Shown in pieces: positions 1 to 7,541 of a stretch of DNA of 64,000 nucleotides. Source of the DNA: a virus; the IMG/VR virus record IMGVR_UViG_3300020579_000012, positions 4,946-68,945 of that record; one strand, written 5' to 3'. Each line of letters starts with the position of its first letter. Within the stretch, counting starts at the first letter, position 1. The position numbers and the translations under genes are program-made. The notes beneath the pieces are model-generated. The model was not told the origin of the DNA. It saw nothing but the letters and a program-made list of their open reading frames with translations, and ran no database searches.

Positions 1-538
1 ATCCAAAGTTTCCGCCGACGATCGCGAGCTTCGAGACGGCGGCCTTGCAGACTTCCATCTGCGGGCCCCTGGCCTTCTGAGGGATTAGGACTTGCGCCTC
101 CTCGAAAAATAGGACACGAGGGATCTCAGGTTTCGCCCGCATTAGGCGTCCAGCAAAAGCCGTCATGAAGTGTCGAATCGTCCCAAGCGACTCGAAGGCA
201 ATGTCAATCACAGCGCAGATCGGTGTCGCAAGAAGCGCTTCTGCGAGTCTCTCGCCGGAGTCCTTCTCGAACGGGATATCTCCGTATGTCCCGCCGATCA
301 CAGCAACATTCAGTTCACTTGGACTGCCGTCCGGCTTGACCCGAAGACCGTACAGATTGTTTGCCGGATCGGTCGCAATCCATGGGCGCCCCGCATACCA
401 GAGCTCCTCCAGGATCACACCTAGGCCGTAGGTCTTACCCTTCTTTGATTGAGCAAGCATCGCGAGCTTGACGTCGCTCAAATCTTCGGGTAGTCCGAAC
501 GGCTTTCCGCTCGGAATTAGCGTACCGATGTGCAACAT
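1..538 (-). CDS. P-loop NTPase, FtsK/HerA-superfamily-like (N-terminal part; C-terminus lies left of window)
   Basis: Not in ORF track. I checked codon by codon that the frame is open from ATG 536-538 (GGAGCAGAGG upstream) to position 1. Translation MLHIGTLIPSGKPF..AQSKKGKTYG (Walker A-like)..RVLFFEEAQVLIP (Walker B-like)..LAIVGGNFG. Confidence 0.6.
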   Translation of the reverse strand, partial: MLHIGTLIPSGKPFGLPEDLSDVKLAMLAQSKKGKTYGLGVILEELWYAGRPWIATDPANNLYGLRVKPDGSPSELNVAVIGGTYGDIPFEKDSGERLAEALLATPICAVIDIAFESLGTIRHFMTAFAGRLMRAKPEIPRVLFFEEAQVLIPQKARGPQMEVCKAAVSKLAIVGGNFG

Positions 539-575
539 TCCTCTGCTCCTTCTTCTTCTCCCCTGGTCGCGAAAA

Positions 576-1127
576 CTACAGTTCCTTCATCAGGTACTCG
601 AAGAGTTTCTGCTTGGTTTCAAAGACGAGCTGCTCGTGGCGCGGCTCGATGTACTGCGGTACAGGCTCGTCGGAGACGACCTGATCGATCTGCCTGGATA
701 CTCCAGGGAACATGACCCGAAAGGCCTCCCTGATTTGAGCTCGATCCTCATCGTCCTTCCAGGACTCGCCTGCACCCTTGTCGTTGATCGCCCGAATCAC
801 CGCGCCGAAGCCATCGATCATCTTGTCGATAATCTCGTCCGGATCCTGGCCGACAAACGGGCTCGTCTGACGCTCAACGACACGAGGCTTCGGCTGCTCC
901 GGGTTCGTCGTTAGTGTCAGCATGTAGCCATTCTCAAGCTTCTGAATATCGATGACGACGGATGGAGCTTTGCTTGAGAATGCCGGACTTAGGTACGCGC
1001 CCATGCCACCTGGGTAATCTCCACGCATAAGTTTCTCCTTCTCCTTCTTCTCGGCAAGCTTAATGACCCTACGAACTTCTTCTTCAGGTGTCATCGGCAC
1101 AGTAGTTCCATAGTATGCAGAATGCAT
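576..1127 (-). CDS. hypothetical protein (183 aa)
   Basis: Long ORF in the operon orientation; the + strand ORFs overlapping it are Arg/Ser/Pro-rich antisense artefacts. Confidence 0.6.
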   Translation of the reverse strand: MHSAYYGTTVPMTPEEEVRRVIKLAEKKEKEKLMRGDYPGGMGAYLSPAFSSKAPSVVIDIQKLENGYMLTLTTNPEQPKPRVVERQTSPFVGQDPDEIIDKMIDGFGAVIRAINDKGAGESWKDDEDRAQIREAFRVMFPGVSRQIDQVVSDEPVPQYIEPRHEQLVFETKQKLFEYLMKEL

Positions 1128-1146
1128 TCACAATGGTCCAGTCCTT

Positions 1147-1305
1147 TTAGTCCTCTGTCGAATTAATAAAATCAAAGATGTCGAGGTGACAACGTCGACA
1201 TCTGAAAAGCCTCCGTATTTTTAACTTCCCATCCTCTTGGTATTCGAGGTTGTAGCGAAACCACTCGTGATCCATAATCCAGCACCAGATCCTCCGAAGA
1301 GTCAC
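1147..1305 (-). CDS. small hypothetical protein (..FRCRRCHLDIF..)
   Basis: Start trimmed to GTG 1303-1305, just after the stop of the upstream gene; an ATG at 1273-1275 is the alternative. Confidence 0.35.
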   Translation of the reverse strand: MTLRRIWCWIMDHEWFRYNLEYQEDGKLKIRRLFRCRRCHLDIFDFINSTED

Positions 1306-1307
1306 GT

Positions 1308-1640
1308 TTACTCTTCCTCTGACGATTCCTTCGACTCCTTCGGCCGAAAGTCGCTGTGTCGCCTCTGACGTCCGTTGTACTTCCGACGCCACTTCTTCGC
1401 GTCCATGAACGTGACGACGACACGGTCCTCCGGACTGCAAACAGCGATCATAGCGACCCCGAAGACCTTGATCTCATAAAGGGTTCGACCGAAGTTCGTC
1501 TTAACGACCTTCGCTTCGAGGGAGTCCAGCGTCTTTGAGATCTCCGCCTCGGCCTTCATATCCATCAGCAGGCCGATTCTCTTTGCTATCCGAGCCCGCG
1601 CGTGCGGAGAGAACCTCCAACCTTTCGCTTTCAAAGTCAT
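1308..1640 (-). CDS. hypothetical protein (110 aa)
   Basis: ORF-track frame trimmed to ATG 1638-1640; a CGTGTACACG palindrome lies immediately upstream. Confidence 0.55.
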   Translation of the reverse strand: MTLKAKGWRFSPHARARIAKRIGLLMDMKAEAEISKTLDSLEAKVVKTNFGRTLYEIKVFGVAMIAVCSPEDRVVVTFMDAKKWRRKYNGRQRRHSDFRPKESKESSEEE

Positions 1641-1651
1641 CGTGTACACGG
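1640..1651. promoter_or_regulatory. GTGTACAC-core palindrome at a gene junction
   Basis: Minus strand: TGACCGTGTACACGATG (upstream stop, site, downstream start). Confidence 0.5.
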
Positions 1652-1903
1652 TCAGAATGGAATGTCCTCGTCCATCTCCGCCTGAGAGTAGACGAGCTGC
1701 TTCCTACCGACCATCCCCCACACTCCGCGACCCTTCCATCGCCTCTCGAAAGCCGGGAAGACGTTCGACGGTATCGAACAGAAGTCGAACGTCCCGATCG
1801 GGTTCCAGCAGCCTATTACCTCGACGCCAAGCTTCTCGAGCTCCGCCCGGTCGGACTCCTTCGCGCCGATCCAACCCTTGTAGACTAGGATTTCTTTAGG
1901 CAT
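1652..1903 (-). CDS. hypothetical protein (83 aa)
   Basis: Trimmed to ATG 1901-1903 (MPKEILVYKGW..); 8-nt overlap with the upstream gene. Confidence 0.5.
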   Translation of the reverse strand: MPKEILVYKGWIGAKESDRAELEKLGVEVIGCWNPIGTFDFCSIPSNVFPAFERRWKGRGVWGMVGRKQLVYSQAEMDEDIPF

Positions 1904-2213
1904 CTGAAAATTTAAGAGTGAACTTCCCAAGTACAATGAACTGATCCAGCACGCCAAACTTTGTCTCTATGGCGTACGCGGCGCCAACAGGAACCGCAGC
2001 CGTATCGTTCGGCGGCGTCAGAAAACCGCGGCAGATCACTCGACGGTCTGACGATAGAAAAGCAAGGTCGAATGGCTCCGGCACATTCCGGGAGTGGAAA
2101 TAACCTCCCACAGGCGGTCCAACGAAGACGTAGATCGTGTCGTCTGGAATCCGCGGTAGACCTTGAAGCCCGAGCGCTTTCTCCTCCGGAGTCAGTAGCA
2201 CTTTTACATTCAT
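1896..2213 (-). CDS. DUF192-like protein
   Basis: Pattern ..ALGLQGLPRIPDDTIYVF..FHSRNVPEPFDLAFLSSDRRV..AAYAIETKFG matches the DUF192 (COG1430) layout as I remember it. Confidence 0.55.
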   Translation of the reverse strand: MNVKVLLTPEEKALGLQGLPRIPDDTIYVFVGPPVGGYFHSRNVPEPFDLAFLSSDRRVICRGFLTPPNDTAAVPVGAAYAIETKFGVLDQFIVLGKFTLKFSDA

Positions 2214-2326
2214 GATAGTTTGTCTCCGCCAAGTTTTCCGAACGCCGTGATCGACAGAAATGATATCACGCCGGAGACTACGCCGATGAAGGCGAGCGCT
2301 AACAGGACTGGGGACAACAGGATCAT
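2210..2326 (-). CDS. small membrane protein (38 aa)
   Basis: Not in track. MILLSPVLLALAFIGVVSGVISFLSITAFGKLGGDKLS; its stop overlaps the next ATG (ATGA). Confidence 0.4.
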   Translation of the reverse strand: MILLSPVLLALAFIGVVSGVISFLSITAFGKLGGDKLS

Positions 2327-2354
2327 GGTCACTGTGAAACGCACGAAAACCTTC

Positions 2355-2585
2355 CTACCGATCGCAACTAAGATCGAAATACGACGTAGATAGCCATGCC
2401 TTTAAGGAGCATACCATGGTCGGCCGTGGATTTTTAATCATCTCAGCTCTGCTATTTTTCTTCGCAGCGATCGGAGTCACGATGATTCCGCATCCAGAGT
2501 CATGGGCATTCGTCGCGCTGGCGCTCGGAATGGTAGCTGGAAACTGGTCTCCATTCTCCTGGCCTAAGAGAGGTCCGTAGGTCAT
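2355..2585 (-). CDS. hypothetical protein (76 aa); competes with the + strand ORF 2416-2580
   Basis: ATGA overlap with the upstream gene supports it, but the sequence is unremarkable. Confidence 0.3.
   Translation of the reverse strand: MTYGPLLGQENGDQFPATIPSASATNAHDSGCGIIVTPIAAKKNSRAEMIKNPRPTMVCSLKAWLSTSYFDLSCDR
2416..2580 (+). CDS. possible antisense-encoded 2-TM membrane peptide (54 aa)
   Basis: Not in track. AAGGAG sits 6 nt before the ATG; MVGRGFLIISALLFFFAAIGVTMIPHPESWAFVALALGMVAGNWSPFSWPKRGP. Confidence 0.3.
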   Translation: MVGRGFLIISALLFFFAAIGVTMIPHPESWAFVALALGMVAGNWSPFSWPKRGP

Positions 2586-2812
2586 TTCTGCGCTGCCTTA
2601 CGTACCTGTAAAGCCTGAAACTCGACATCTCCGATATCGGAACGCTTGACCCAGACGAACAGGCGATGGTCTGGATCATAGAGGAGCAGCTCGTCCAGGT
2701 TTGCTGGGTACGTGACGCCTTCGGTAATTCCTGATCCGACTACTCGGAAGTGTTCAGCTCTCTCGTACGGACAGCAGCCACCGAGAAGAAGTAGAAGGAC
2801 TAGTTTCTTCAT
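2582..2812 (-). CDS. putative lipoprotein
   Basis: MKKLVLLLLLGGC: signal peptide followed by an L-G-G-C lipobox. Confidence 0.65.
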   Translation of the reverse strand: MKKLVLLLLLGGCCPYERAEHFRVVGSGITEGVTYPANLDELLLYDPDHRLFVWVKRSDIGDVEFQALQVRKAAQK

Positions 2813-2816
2813 ATTC

Positions 2817-2838
2817 GCACTCTTTACCTCTTCTGTAC
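2817..2838 (-). promoter_or_regulatory. 22-bp dyad motif copy
   Basis: GTACAGAAGAGGTAAAGAGTGC, 4 nt before the lipoprotein ATG. Confidence 0.5.
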
Positions 2839-2843
2839 TAATC

Positions 2844-3131
2844 CTACTTTTCGAGAACCGCCAGGATTGCCCCTTCGATCAAGATCACATACTCCTGACC
2901 TTCGATCTTCACGTCTCCAATAAACTGCTCCGAGAAAAGGACCGTGTCCCCCTTCTTCACGCGAGGCTCAATCAGACGACCGGACTGAAACGCGCCTGGG
3001 CCGACGCCTTCCACGATACCACGATTCACCTTCTCCCGAGCCGCGTCAGGAATCAGAATGCCGCCGGGCGTCTTTTCGTCAGCCTTGAGTCTGCGGACAA
3101 CAATGTGGTCTGCCGTCGGGTTGATCTTCAT
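2844..3131 (-). CDS. groES: co-chaperonin GroES (Cpn10)
   Basis: Trimmed to ATG 3129-3131 (GGAGGA upstream). 95 aa: MKINPTADHIVVRRL..GGILIPDAAREKVNRGIVEGVGPG..GDTVLFSEQ..EYVILIEGAILAVLEK. Confidence 0.85.
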   Translation of the reverse strand: MKINPTADHIVVRRLKADEKTPGGILIPDAAREKVNRGIVEGVGPGAFQSGRLIEPRVKKGDTVLFSEQFIGDVKIEGQEYVILIEGAILAVLEK

Positions 3132-3171
3132 AAGTCCTCCTATATTGCCTCGCGCCAAAATAGCGCGTTTA

Positions 3172-3193
3172 GCACTCAACACCTTTTCTGTGC
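3172..3193 (-). promoter_or_regulatory. 22-bp dyad motif copy
   Basis: GCACAGAAAAGGTGTTGAGTGC, 40 nt upstream of the groES ATG. Confidence 0.55.
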
Positions 3194-3196
3194 CAA

Positions 3197-3844
3197 CTAC
3201 CAAGGAGGGGAGCCCCACCGGAACTCCATCCCCATAAGCATCACCTTCACGACGGACGGGCCCTTCAGGTTGACGAGTGGCATTTCCGCTTCGACGCGGA
3301 AGGACTCAGTCGAGTCCAGCTCGAGCGGCTCGCCTTTGTCGGAAACTACGCCCCTGGCATAGTGCGTCCAGATACCCTCCAGGTTGAACCTCTTCAGGCA
3401 GTCCCCGACCTGTTCGTTGAAGACGTTCCACTTGTTGACCTCGGTCTCGATCTTGTAAGCCTCGTCGATCGCGTGCATCGCCAGTCCATCGGTAACGTAC
3501 AGCACCGGAGAGAAGACCGACAGGGGACTCTCCTGCATTGTTACGTTGCCTCCGAAGATGAGCCGTAGCTTCAGATTTTTCAGGATCGTGAGAACATCGC
3601 TCTTGTCGTAGACCTGCTCGAGGGAGACGCCCCAGTAGTAGATCCGGAACGCCCTGGGAGTCCCGAGCATCCCGGAGCAGGTCATGTTCGTGTGAACTCC
3701 ACGCTCCTTCCACTCCCCATCGGGAAAGTGAAGGTTATCGAACAGGTTGACGCTCCCGTCTCCAAGCCCGTGCGACTTCAGTCGAAGCGTGTCGAAGAGG
3801 ACGTCTTTGTACCACTTCGCGTTGGGATGATAGTCTCTAGGCAT
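3197..3844 (-). CDS. beta-rich protein, paralog of the late-module protein 38992-39654 (capsid-like)
   Basis: Shares MLGTPRAFRIYYWG / SLGTPLSFDVFGYN, RLIFGGNVTM / QVVFGQDTTF and similar C-terminal strands with 38992-39654. Confidence 0.6.
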   Translation of the reverse strand: MPRDYHPNAKWYKDVLFDTLRLKSHGLGDGSVNLFDNLHFPDGEWKERGVHTNMTCSGMLGTPRAFRIYYWGVSLEQVYDKSDVLTILKNLKLRLIFGGNVTMQESPLSVFSPVLYVTDGLAMHAIDEAYKIETEVNKWNVFNEQVGDCLKRFNLEGIWTHYARGVVSDKGEPLELDSTESFRVEAEMPLVNLKGPSVVKVMLMGMEFRWGSPPW

Positions 3845-3862
3845 TCTTTACCTCTTCTGTGC
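3841..3862 (-). promoter_or_regulatory. 22-bp dyad motif copy
   Basis: GCACAGAAGAGGTAAAGAATGC; contains the ATG of 3197-3844. Confidence 0.5.
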
Positions 3863-4240
3863 CTACATCACTCTAGGCGGTTGAAGCATCTGCGTGTGGG
3901 CGAATCCGGGATATCTCCCGATTCGGGTCAATGATCTAGCCAGCTCAAACGCCTTTCTCGCTCTCTCGATCGCCGCCAATACTTCATCGCCAGTCGAGCA
4001 GATAACGAGCCTTGTCTCTGGAATGTGGGATCCGTCCAGTTCGCTCGCTACCTCTTCTTCGATCCTTCGCTTCAGATCGTCAGAAAGGTCTCCGGTCTCG
4101 ACCTTCTTAAATCTTCCCTGACCAGGAGCTTGACGACGAAAGTCCTGCTTTACGGGCTCGGTGAATCTGACGGCGAATACACCCGGCTTGTCGGTCGCCA
4201 GAATGGTTACGAACTCCAGATCTCTCATTTTATCCTCCAT
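3863..4240 (-). CDS. hypothetical protein (125 aa)
   Basis: Trimmed to ATG 4238-4240 (MEDKMRDLEF..). Confidence 0.55.
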   Translation of the reverse strand: MEDKMRDLEFVTILATDKPGVFAVRFTEPVKQDFRRQAPGQGRFKKVETGDLSDDLKRRIEEEVASELDGSHIPETRLVICSTGDEVLAAIERARKAFELARSLTRIGRYPGFAHTQMLQPPRVM

Positions 4241-4242
4241 TG

Positions 4243-4264
4243 GCACTCAATCTGCCTTTTGTGC
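4243..4264 (-). promoter_or_regulatory. 22-bp dyad motif copy
   Basis: GCACAAAAGGCAGATTGAGTGC, 2 nt before ATG 4240. Confidence 0.55.
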
Positions 4265-4414
4265 ATGACTACCGTTGGATCTGTGATTGCCGAATACCAT
4301 CTCGTGCGCCCAGTCGATGAAGAAACCGCCCGCTCTGTACCAACGGCGCTTCGCGTAGTCCAGCCAAGCGCGGTCGATAGCGTCGACCCATTCTTGCCGA
4401 CCCTCTGAAGTCAT
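4247..4414 (-). CDS. hypothetical protein (55 aa)
   Basis: Not in track. MTSEGRQEWVDAIDRAWLDYAKRRWYRAGGFFIDW..; ATGA overlap with the upstream gene. Confidence 0.4.
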   Translation of the reverse strand: MTSEGRQEWVDAIDRAWLDYAKRRWYRAGGFFIDWAHEMVFGNHRSNGSHAQKAD

Positions 4415-4608
4415 GAATCACGACTCCTTCTTGGCATCAGAGCAATAAATACGGATGGAAGGCCCATCAGAACTCCAAGTGCAAGAGCGTCGGGATTGTC
4501 CCGTACAGCGCCCTGGAGCCAAGTAAATAGAATCAAGCCGATCCCGATCCGCGCCAGAAGCGCGACGAGACAGCTTAGACCGAGCGGCTCTTCCGTATTC
4601 TCTTTCAC
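4411..4608 (-). CDS. small membrane protein (65 aa)
   Basis: Hydrophobic segments LSCLVALLARIGIGLILF and LGVLMGLPSVFIALM; GTG start with no clear SD. Confidence 0.5.
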   Translation of the reverse strand: MKENTEEPLGLSCLVALLARIGIGLILFTWLQGAVRDNPDALALGVLMGLPSVFIALMPRRSRDS

Positions 4609-4620
4609 GTTATAGCTATT

Positions 4621-4713
4621 TCAGCAATCGCAGCAGTAGCAGCAGCCTTCGCACCGCTCACAATGCTCCTCGGCCATCGCCCCGCACTCAGGACAAAGGA
4701 ATCGAATAATCAT
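4621..4713 (-). CDS. Cys-rich mini-protein (30 aa)
   Basis: Not in track. MIIRFLCPECGAMAEEHCERCEGCCYCCDC. Confidence 0.4.
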   Translation of the reverse strand: MIIRFLCPECGAMAEEHCERCEGCCYCCDC

Positions 4714-4726
4714 TGTGTTCTACCAT

Positions 4727-4748
4727 GCACTCAATTCGGCTTCTGTGC
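4727..4748 (-). promoter_or_regulatory. 22-bp dyad motif copy
   Basis: GCACAGAAGCCGAATTGAGTGC; spans the stop of 4731-4913. Confidence 0.55.
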
Positions 4749-4913
4749 CAACCCGTGTTTAGCGAGTAAGTGATCCTTAATGACCATAACGTCCAGAAAA
4801 TTCAACTCCTCACCGAGGAGGCCACGAGCCTCCATCCTTACTAAAATCGCACCGCAGACGGCACATCTGTAGCAGAACACACCGTCAACGAGGTCTTTAT
4901 TAATGGCTTCCAT
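4731..4913 (-). CDS. small zinc-ribbon-like protein (60 aa)
   Basis: Trimmed to ATG 4911-4913; contains ..FCYRCAVCGAIL.. Confidence 0.5.
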   Translation of the reverse strand: MEAINKDLVDGVFCYRCAVCGAILVRMEARGLLGEELNFLDVMVIKDHLLAKHGLAQKPN

Positions 4914-4923
4914 TTCTACAGTG

Positions 4924-4945
4924 GCACTCAATAGGTCTAGTGTGC
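4924..4945 (-). promoter_or_regulatory. 22-bp dyad motif copy
   Basis: GCACACTAGACCTATTGAGTGC; intergenic. Confidence 0.55.
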
Positions 4946-5119
4946 CTATCGCTTTCCGACCTTACTCTTCATGATTGAACCGAGAAGTTTCAGAGTTTCT
5001 TCAATTGTTGTTCGAACGGCTTCCTTCGACACGACGCGATCCTCATCGGTATCGTCGCACGTCCTGCTCTCAGTCCAGCTAACGATGAATCCACCATCTG
5101 CTGGTGAGACTCGAATCAT
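4946..5119 (-). CDS. hypothetical protein (57 aa; start uncertain)
   Basis: Trimmed to MIRVSPADGGF..; the upstream part of the track ORF overlaps the preceding gene. Confidence 0.4.
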   Translation of the reverse strand: MIRVSPADGGFIVSWTESRTCDDTDEDRVVSKEAVRTTIEETLKLLGSIMKSKVGKR

Positions 5120-5178
5120 GTTTGCAATGCGCAATGGATTTCTCCTAATGAAAAAAGTTCGCCTTCTCAAAATCACAG

Positions 5179-5634
5179 CTATCTCAACCACTGTCGAATT
5201 CCTAGATCTCGTTCCCACTCTACGGTCCACCTACCAAGCCTATCTGCCTCCGTTACAAGCAACTTCACGACTCGCTCAAGTTCAACCGCCATTGCATCGG
5301 CAGCTACCTGGGCAACTTTCGCACCCTTACCGTCACCACGCTTCTTACATCTGTTCGCGTCGTACTGAGCATTATTCCACTCGTTTTCAAGAGACAGGAA
5401 TAGACGCTCCAGAGATTCAAGGGAAACTTTCGGAGGGTTACTTAGACTTTTGGAGAGCCCCCTTCTAATCTCTGCGTATGTCCAAACGAGAGCCTTTGCG
5501 ATGGCTGCGTATGATTTTCTGGTGGCGTCGGCTATTTCAGGATACCGCGCAGACAAAAGCAGTCGATCTGCTGCATTGGAGAGCATTCTTGAGTAATGCC
5601 GGACATCGGAGTACAGGGATTTAGAGGTTCTCAT
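5179..5634 (-). CDS. hypothetical protein (151 aa)
   Basis: First ORF downstream of the sigma70-like promoter and leader at 5685-5793. Confidence 0.6.
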   Translation of the reverse strand: MRTSKSLYSDVRHYSRMLSNAADRLLLSARYPEIADATRKSYAAIAKALVWTYAEIRRGLSKSLSNPPKVSLESLERLFLSLENEWNNAQYDANRCKKRGDGKGAKVAQVAADAMAVELERVVKLLVTEADRLGRWTVEWERDLGIRQWLR

Positions 5635-5684
5635 AAAATTCTCAGAATCCTTCGAGCTGCGGCGAGTCCCATTGACGTGCTGAA

Positions 5685-5759
5685 CTGTCTAAGGTGCAGT
5701 ACGAGAGATAGGACGTCGCCGCAGTTCGTAAGACTCATATCGCACAGCACCTTAGACAG
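5685..5759 (-). other. long stem-loop at the 5' end of the predicted transcript (leader or small RNA)
   Basis: Perfect 13-nt arms CTGTCTAAGGTGC (5685-5697) and GCACCTTAGACAG (5747-5759) with a 49-nt loop; it begins about 5 nt after the -10 box. Confidence 0.5.
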
Positions 5760-5764
5760 CATTC

Positions 5765-5793
5765 AGTATAAGCACTGAACGTACCTCTGTCAA
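5765..5793 (-). promoter_or_regulatory. sigma70-type promoter TTGACA-17-TATACT
   Basis: On the minus strand: TTGACA (5793-5788), 17-nt spacer, TATACT (5770-5765). Confidence 0.65.
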
Positions 5794-5801
5794 GCTGTTC
5801 T

Positions 5802-5823
5802 GCACTCAACAATGCTTCTGTGC
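5802..5823 (-). promoter_or_regulatory. 22-bp dyad motif copy
   Basis: GCACAGAAGCATTGTTGAGTGC; 8 nt upstream of the TTGACA box of the 5765-5793 promoter. Confidence 0.55.
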
Positions 5824-6264
5824 TTACAGCCCGTCGTCCCAGACGCCACCCCACCGATCGCGACGATGACGTAGTTGAGCCTTGGTTATGCCTCTCCCTT
5901 TCTCGAGGAGCGTAACAGTTCCATGGGCCGGGATGCGAACGACCGCTGACGGCCATCCGGCCGTGAAGATCTCAAGACCGTCATCCATCGTCCGAACACC
6001 AAGCGCCAGGAGATCGATCGTCGACCCAATCGGACTCGTCTGCCGGAAGCTGTCACCGGCCTGGATTCTGTTTGGATGGTAATCCATCGGCAGGTAGCAC
6101 TCGCAGCTATTGATGGCGCATGAGCACTTCGCACGATCCTCGTACTCCCTCTGCGCCTTGATCTGGTCCGACAGGCGTAGGGCGGTCTCCTTACGCTTCG
6201 GCTCCTCCTGGAGGACATCCCGAACGAACGTCTCAAGATCTTCGTCGGTGATGAATCTGCTCAT
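5824..6264 (-). CDS. hypothetical protein (146 aa)
   Basis: GGGAGGGG SD before the ATG; ..CSCAINSCECY.. Confidence 0.6.
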   Translation of the reverse strand: MSRFITDEDLETFVRDVLQEEPKRKETALRLSDQIKAQREYEDRAKCSCAINSCECYLPMDYHPNRIQAGDSFRQTSPIGSTIDLLALGVRTMDDGLEIFTAGWPSAVVRIPAHGTVTLLEKGRGITKAQLRHRRDRWGGVWDDGL

Positions 6265-6277
6265 ATCCCCTCCCTAG

Positions 6278-6502
6278 CTACTTCCGGATCAGCAGGTAGA
6301 CGTCCCACTCGGCGCCAGCGCCGCCCTGTTCGCCGCCACAGCACATGGCGTCGGCCGCGATCCCGATGATCTCGCCACCGATCTTTCCGGCCTGGATCAG
6401 CGCGTTCGCCTTCGCCTCCTCGGCGCTCGCATGCGAGGTGCCGACCGCGACATCGTAGGTCCAGCGAGGCCACCAGAGCAGTTTCCTGAGCCACCAGAAC
6501 AT
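6278..6502 (-). CDS. hypothetical protein (74 aa)
   Basis: AGGAGG SD; MFWWLRKLLWWPRW.. Trp-rich N-terminus. Confidence 0.55.
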   Translation of the reverse strand: MFWWLRKLLWWPRWTYDVAVGTSHASAEEAKANALIQAGKIGGEIIGIAADAMCCGGEQGGAGAEWDVYLLIRK

Positions 6503-6514
6503 AGAGCCTCCTAT

Positions 6515-6919
6515 TTATAAATTACAGCAAAGATTCTTGCAGTCCGGCGGAGAGAATTCTCCGGTCGGCTTTCCGCGCGAAACCTCGACGTCGGTCCAAC
6601 GATGGAAAACTCGACATTCCGTGATGAGCCAGTGCTTGTGCTTATCGAGACCAATCCTCTTCCCGCACTCTAAGCAGACCGTCGATCCCGGAACACCCTG
6701 CTTGAAATAATGCCGTTCGCCTTTCTCAAGATGCTTTCTACATGGGTGACACTGATTCATCGTCTGTGGAACGTGCTCGGCAATGCGACCGGCTGCCTCC
6801 TCGCACCATGGGCATAGAAATGTTTCGATAGGACTCCAGGTGTGGTGTTTCCCGACGCACTCCACCATCGCGTAGGTGCCGTTCGTCTCGACGTAAAAGT
6901 CCCCGAGCTTGAATCTCAT
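6515..6919 (-). CDS. Cys/His-rich zinc-binding protein (134 aa)
   Basis: Several CxxC/CxxxH pairs (CPWCEE, CHPCRKH, CLECGK). Confidence 0.6.
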   Translation of the reverse strand: MRFKLGDFYVETNGTYAMVECVGKHHTWSPIETFLCPWCEEAAGRIAEHVPQTMNQCHPCRKHLEKGERHYFKQGVPGSTVCLECGKRIGLDKHKHWLITECRVFHRWTDVEVSRGKPTGEFSPPDCKNLCCNL

Positions 6920-7263
6920 GAAATCGGCTCTAGAAGGGTGATGACGCGGTATTTACCACGCTTCAGGCTCTCATTCCCCATAACCCCACGAAGCTGTATC
7001 CAATTGCTACCGAGCCTGAAATCACAGTTGAAGCTATTTGGGCTGTCACTGTACTCTTCGATCGTCCCGACAAGTACATTCGAATACCGATCGAATACCT
7101 TCTCTGGAACTTGCTTCGCGAGATTGACAAGTGATTGGATCTCTGACTGGCACTGCGATACTCTAACCTTCGCGTCGTCGGCTGCCTGCCGCGTCGACTT
7201 CACGACGGCCTCGAGATCCTTGACGCCCTGGGCGATGATCGCCTCGATGCTCTTCTGAAACAC
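6916..7263 (-). CDS. hypothetical protein (115 aa)
   Basis: Trimmed to GTG 7261-7263, which has GGAGGG 6 nt upstream. Confidence 0.55.
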   Translation of the reverse strand: MFQKSIEAIIAQGVKDLEAVVKSTRQAADDAKVRVSQCQSEIQSLVNLAKQVPEKVFDRYSNVLVGTIEEYSDSPNSFNCDFRLGSNWIQLRGVMGNESLKRGKYRVITLLEPIS

Positions 7264-7288
7264 GGTAACCCTCCTTCTTCTTCTCCAA

Positions 7289-7310
7289 GCACACTTCGAG
7301 CTTTCTGTGC
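7289..7310 (-). promoter_or_regulatory. 22-bp dyad motif copy
   Basis: GCACAGAAAGCTCGAAGTGTGC; intergenic. Confidence 0.55.
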
Positions 7311-7313
7311 AGG

Positions 7314-7541
7314 CTACTTCTTCTCCATCCAGGCCGACAGCTCTGTCACGCAATCCCCACAAAGGTCCTTCCGTTGGAAGGATACCTCGCCCTCCCGGAC
7401 GAGCGGCGCCAGGATCGAAGCTCCACGCTTCACGGACGAGTCCAACGGATCTGGCTTCTCAAGGGCCTTGCTCTCGGCGAACTCCTTAAGACATCTGTCA
7501 CAGTCGTACTTCGTGACCCGGCCGAGCTGCCGACTGCTCAT
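7314..7541 (-). CDS. zinc-ribbon protein (75 aa)
   Basis: CDRC...CGDC. Confidence 0.55.
   Translation of the reverse strand: MSSRQLGRVTKYDCDRCLKEFAESKALEKPDPLDSSVKRGASILAPLVREGEVSFQRKDLCGDCVTELSAWMEKK

Noticed and set aside
165-431. Two overlapping plus-strand ORFs at the left edge
   Set aside because: The minus-strand frame across 1-538 is open and encodes a P-loop NTPase with Walker A and B motifs. The plus-strand ORFs are its antisense shadows.
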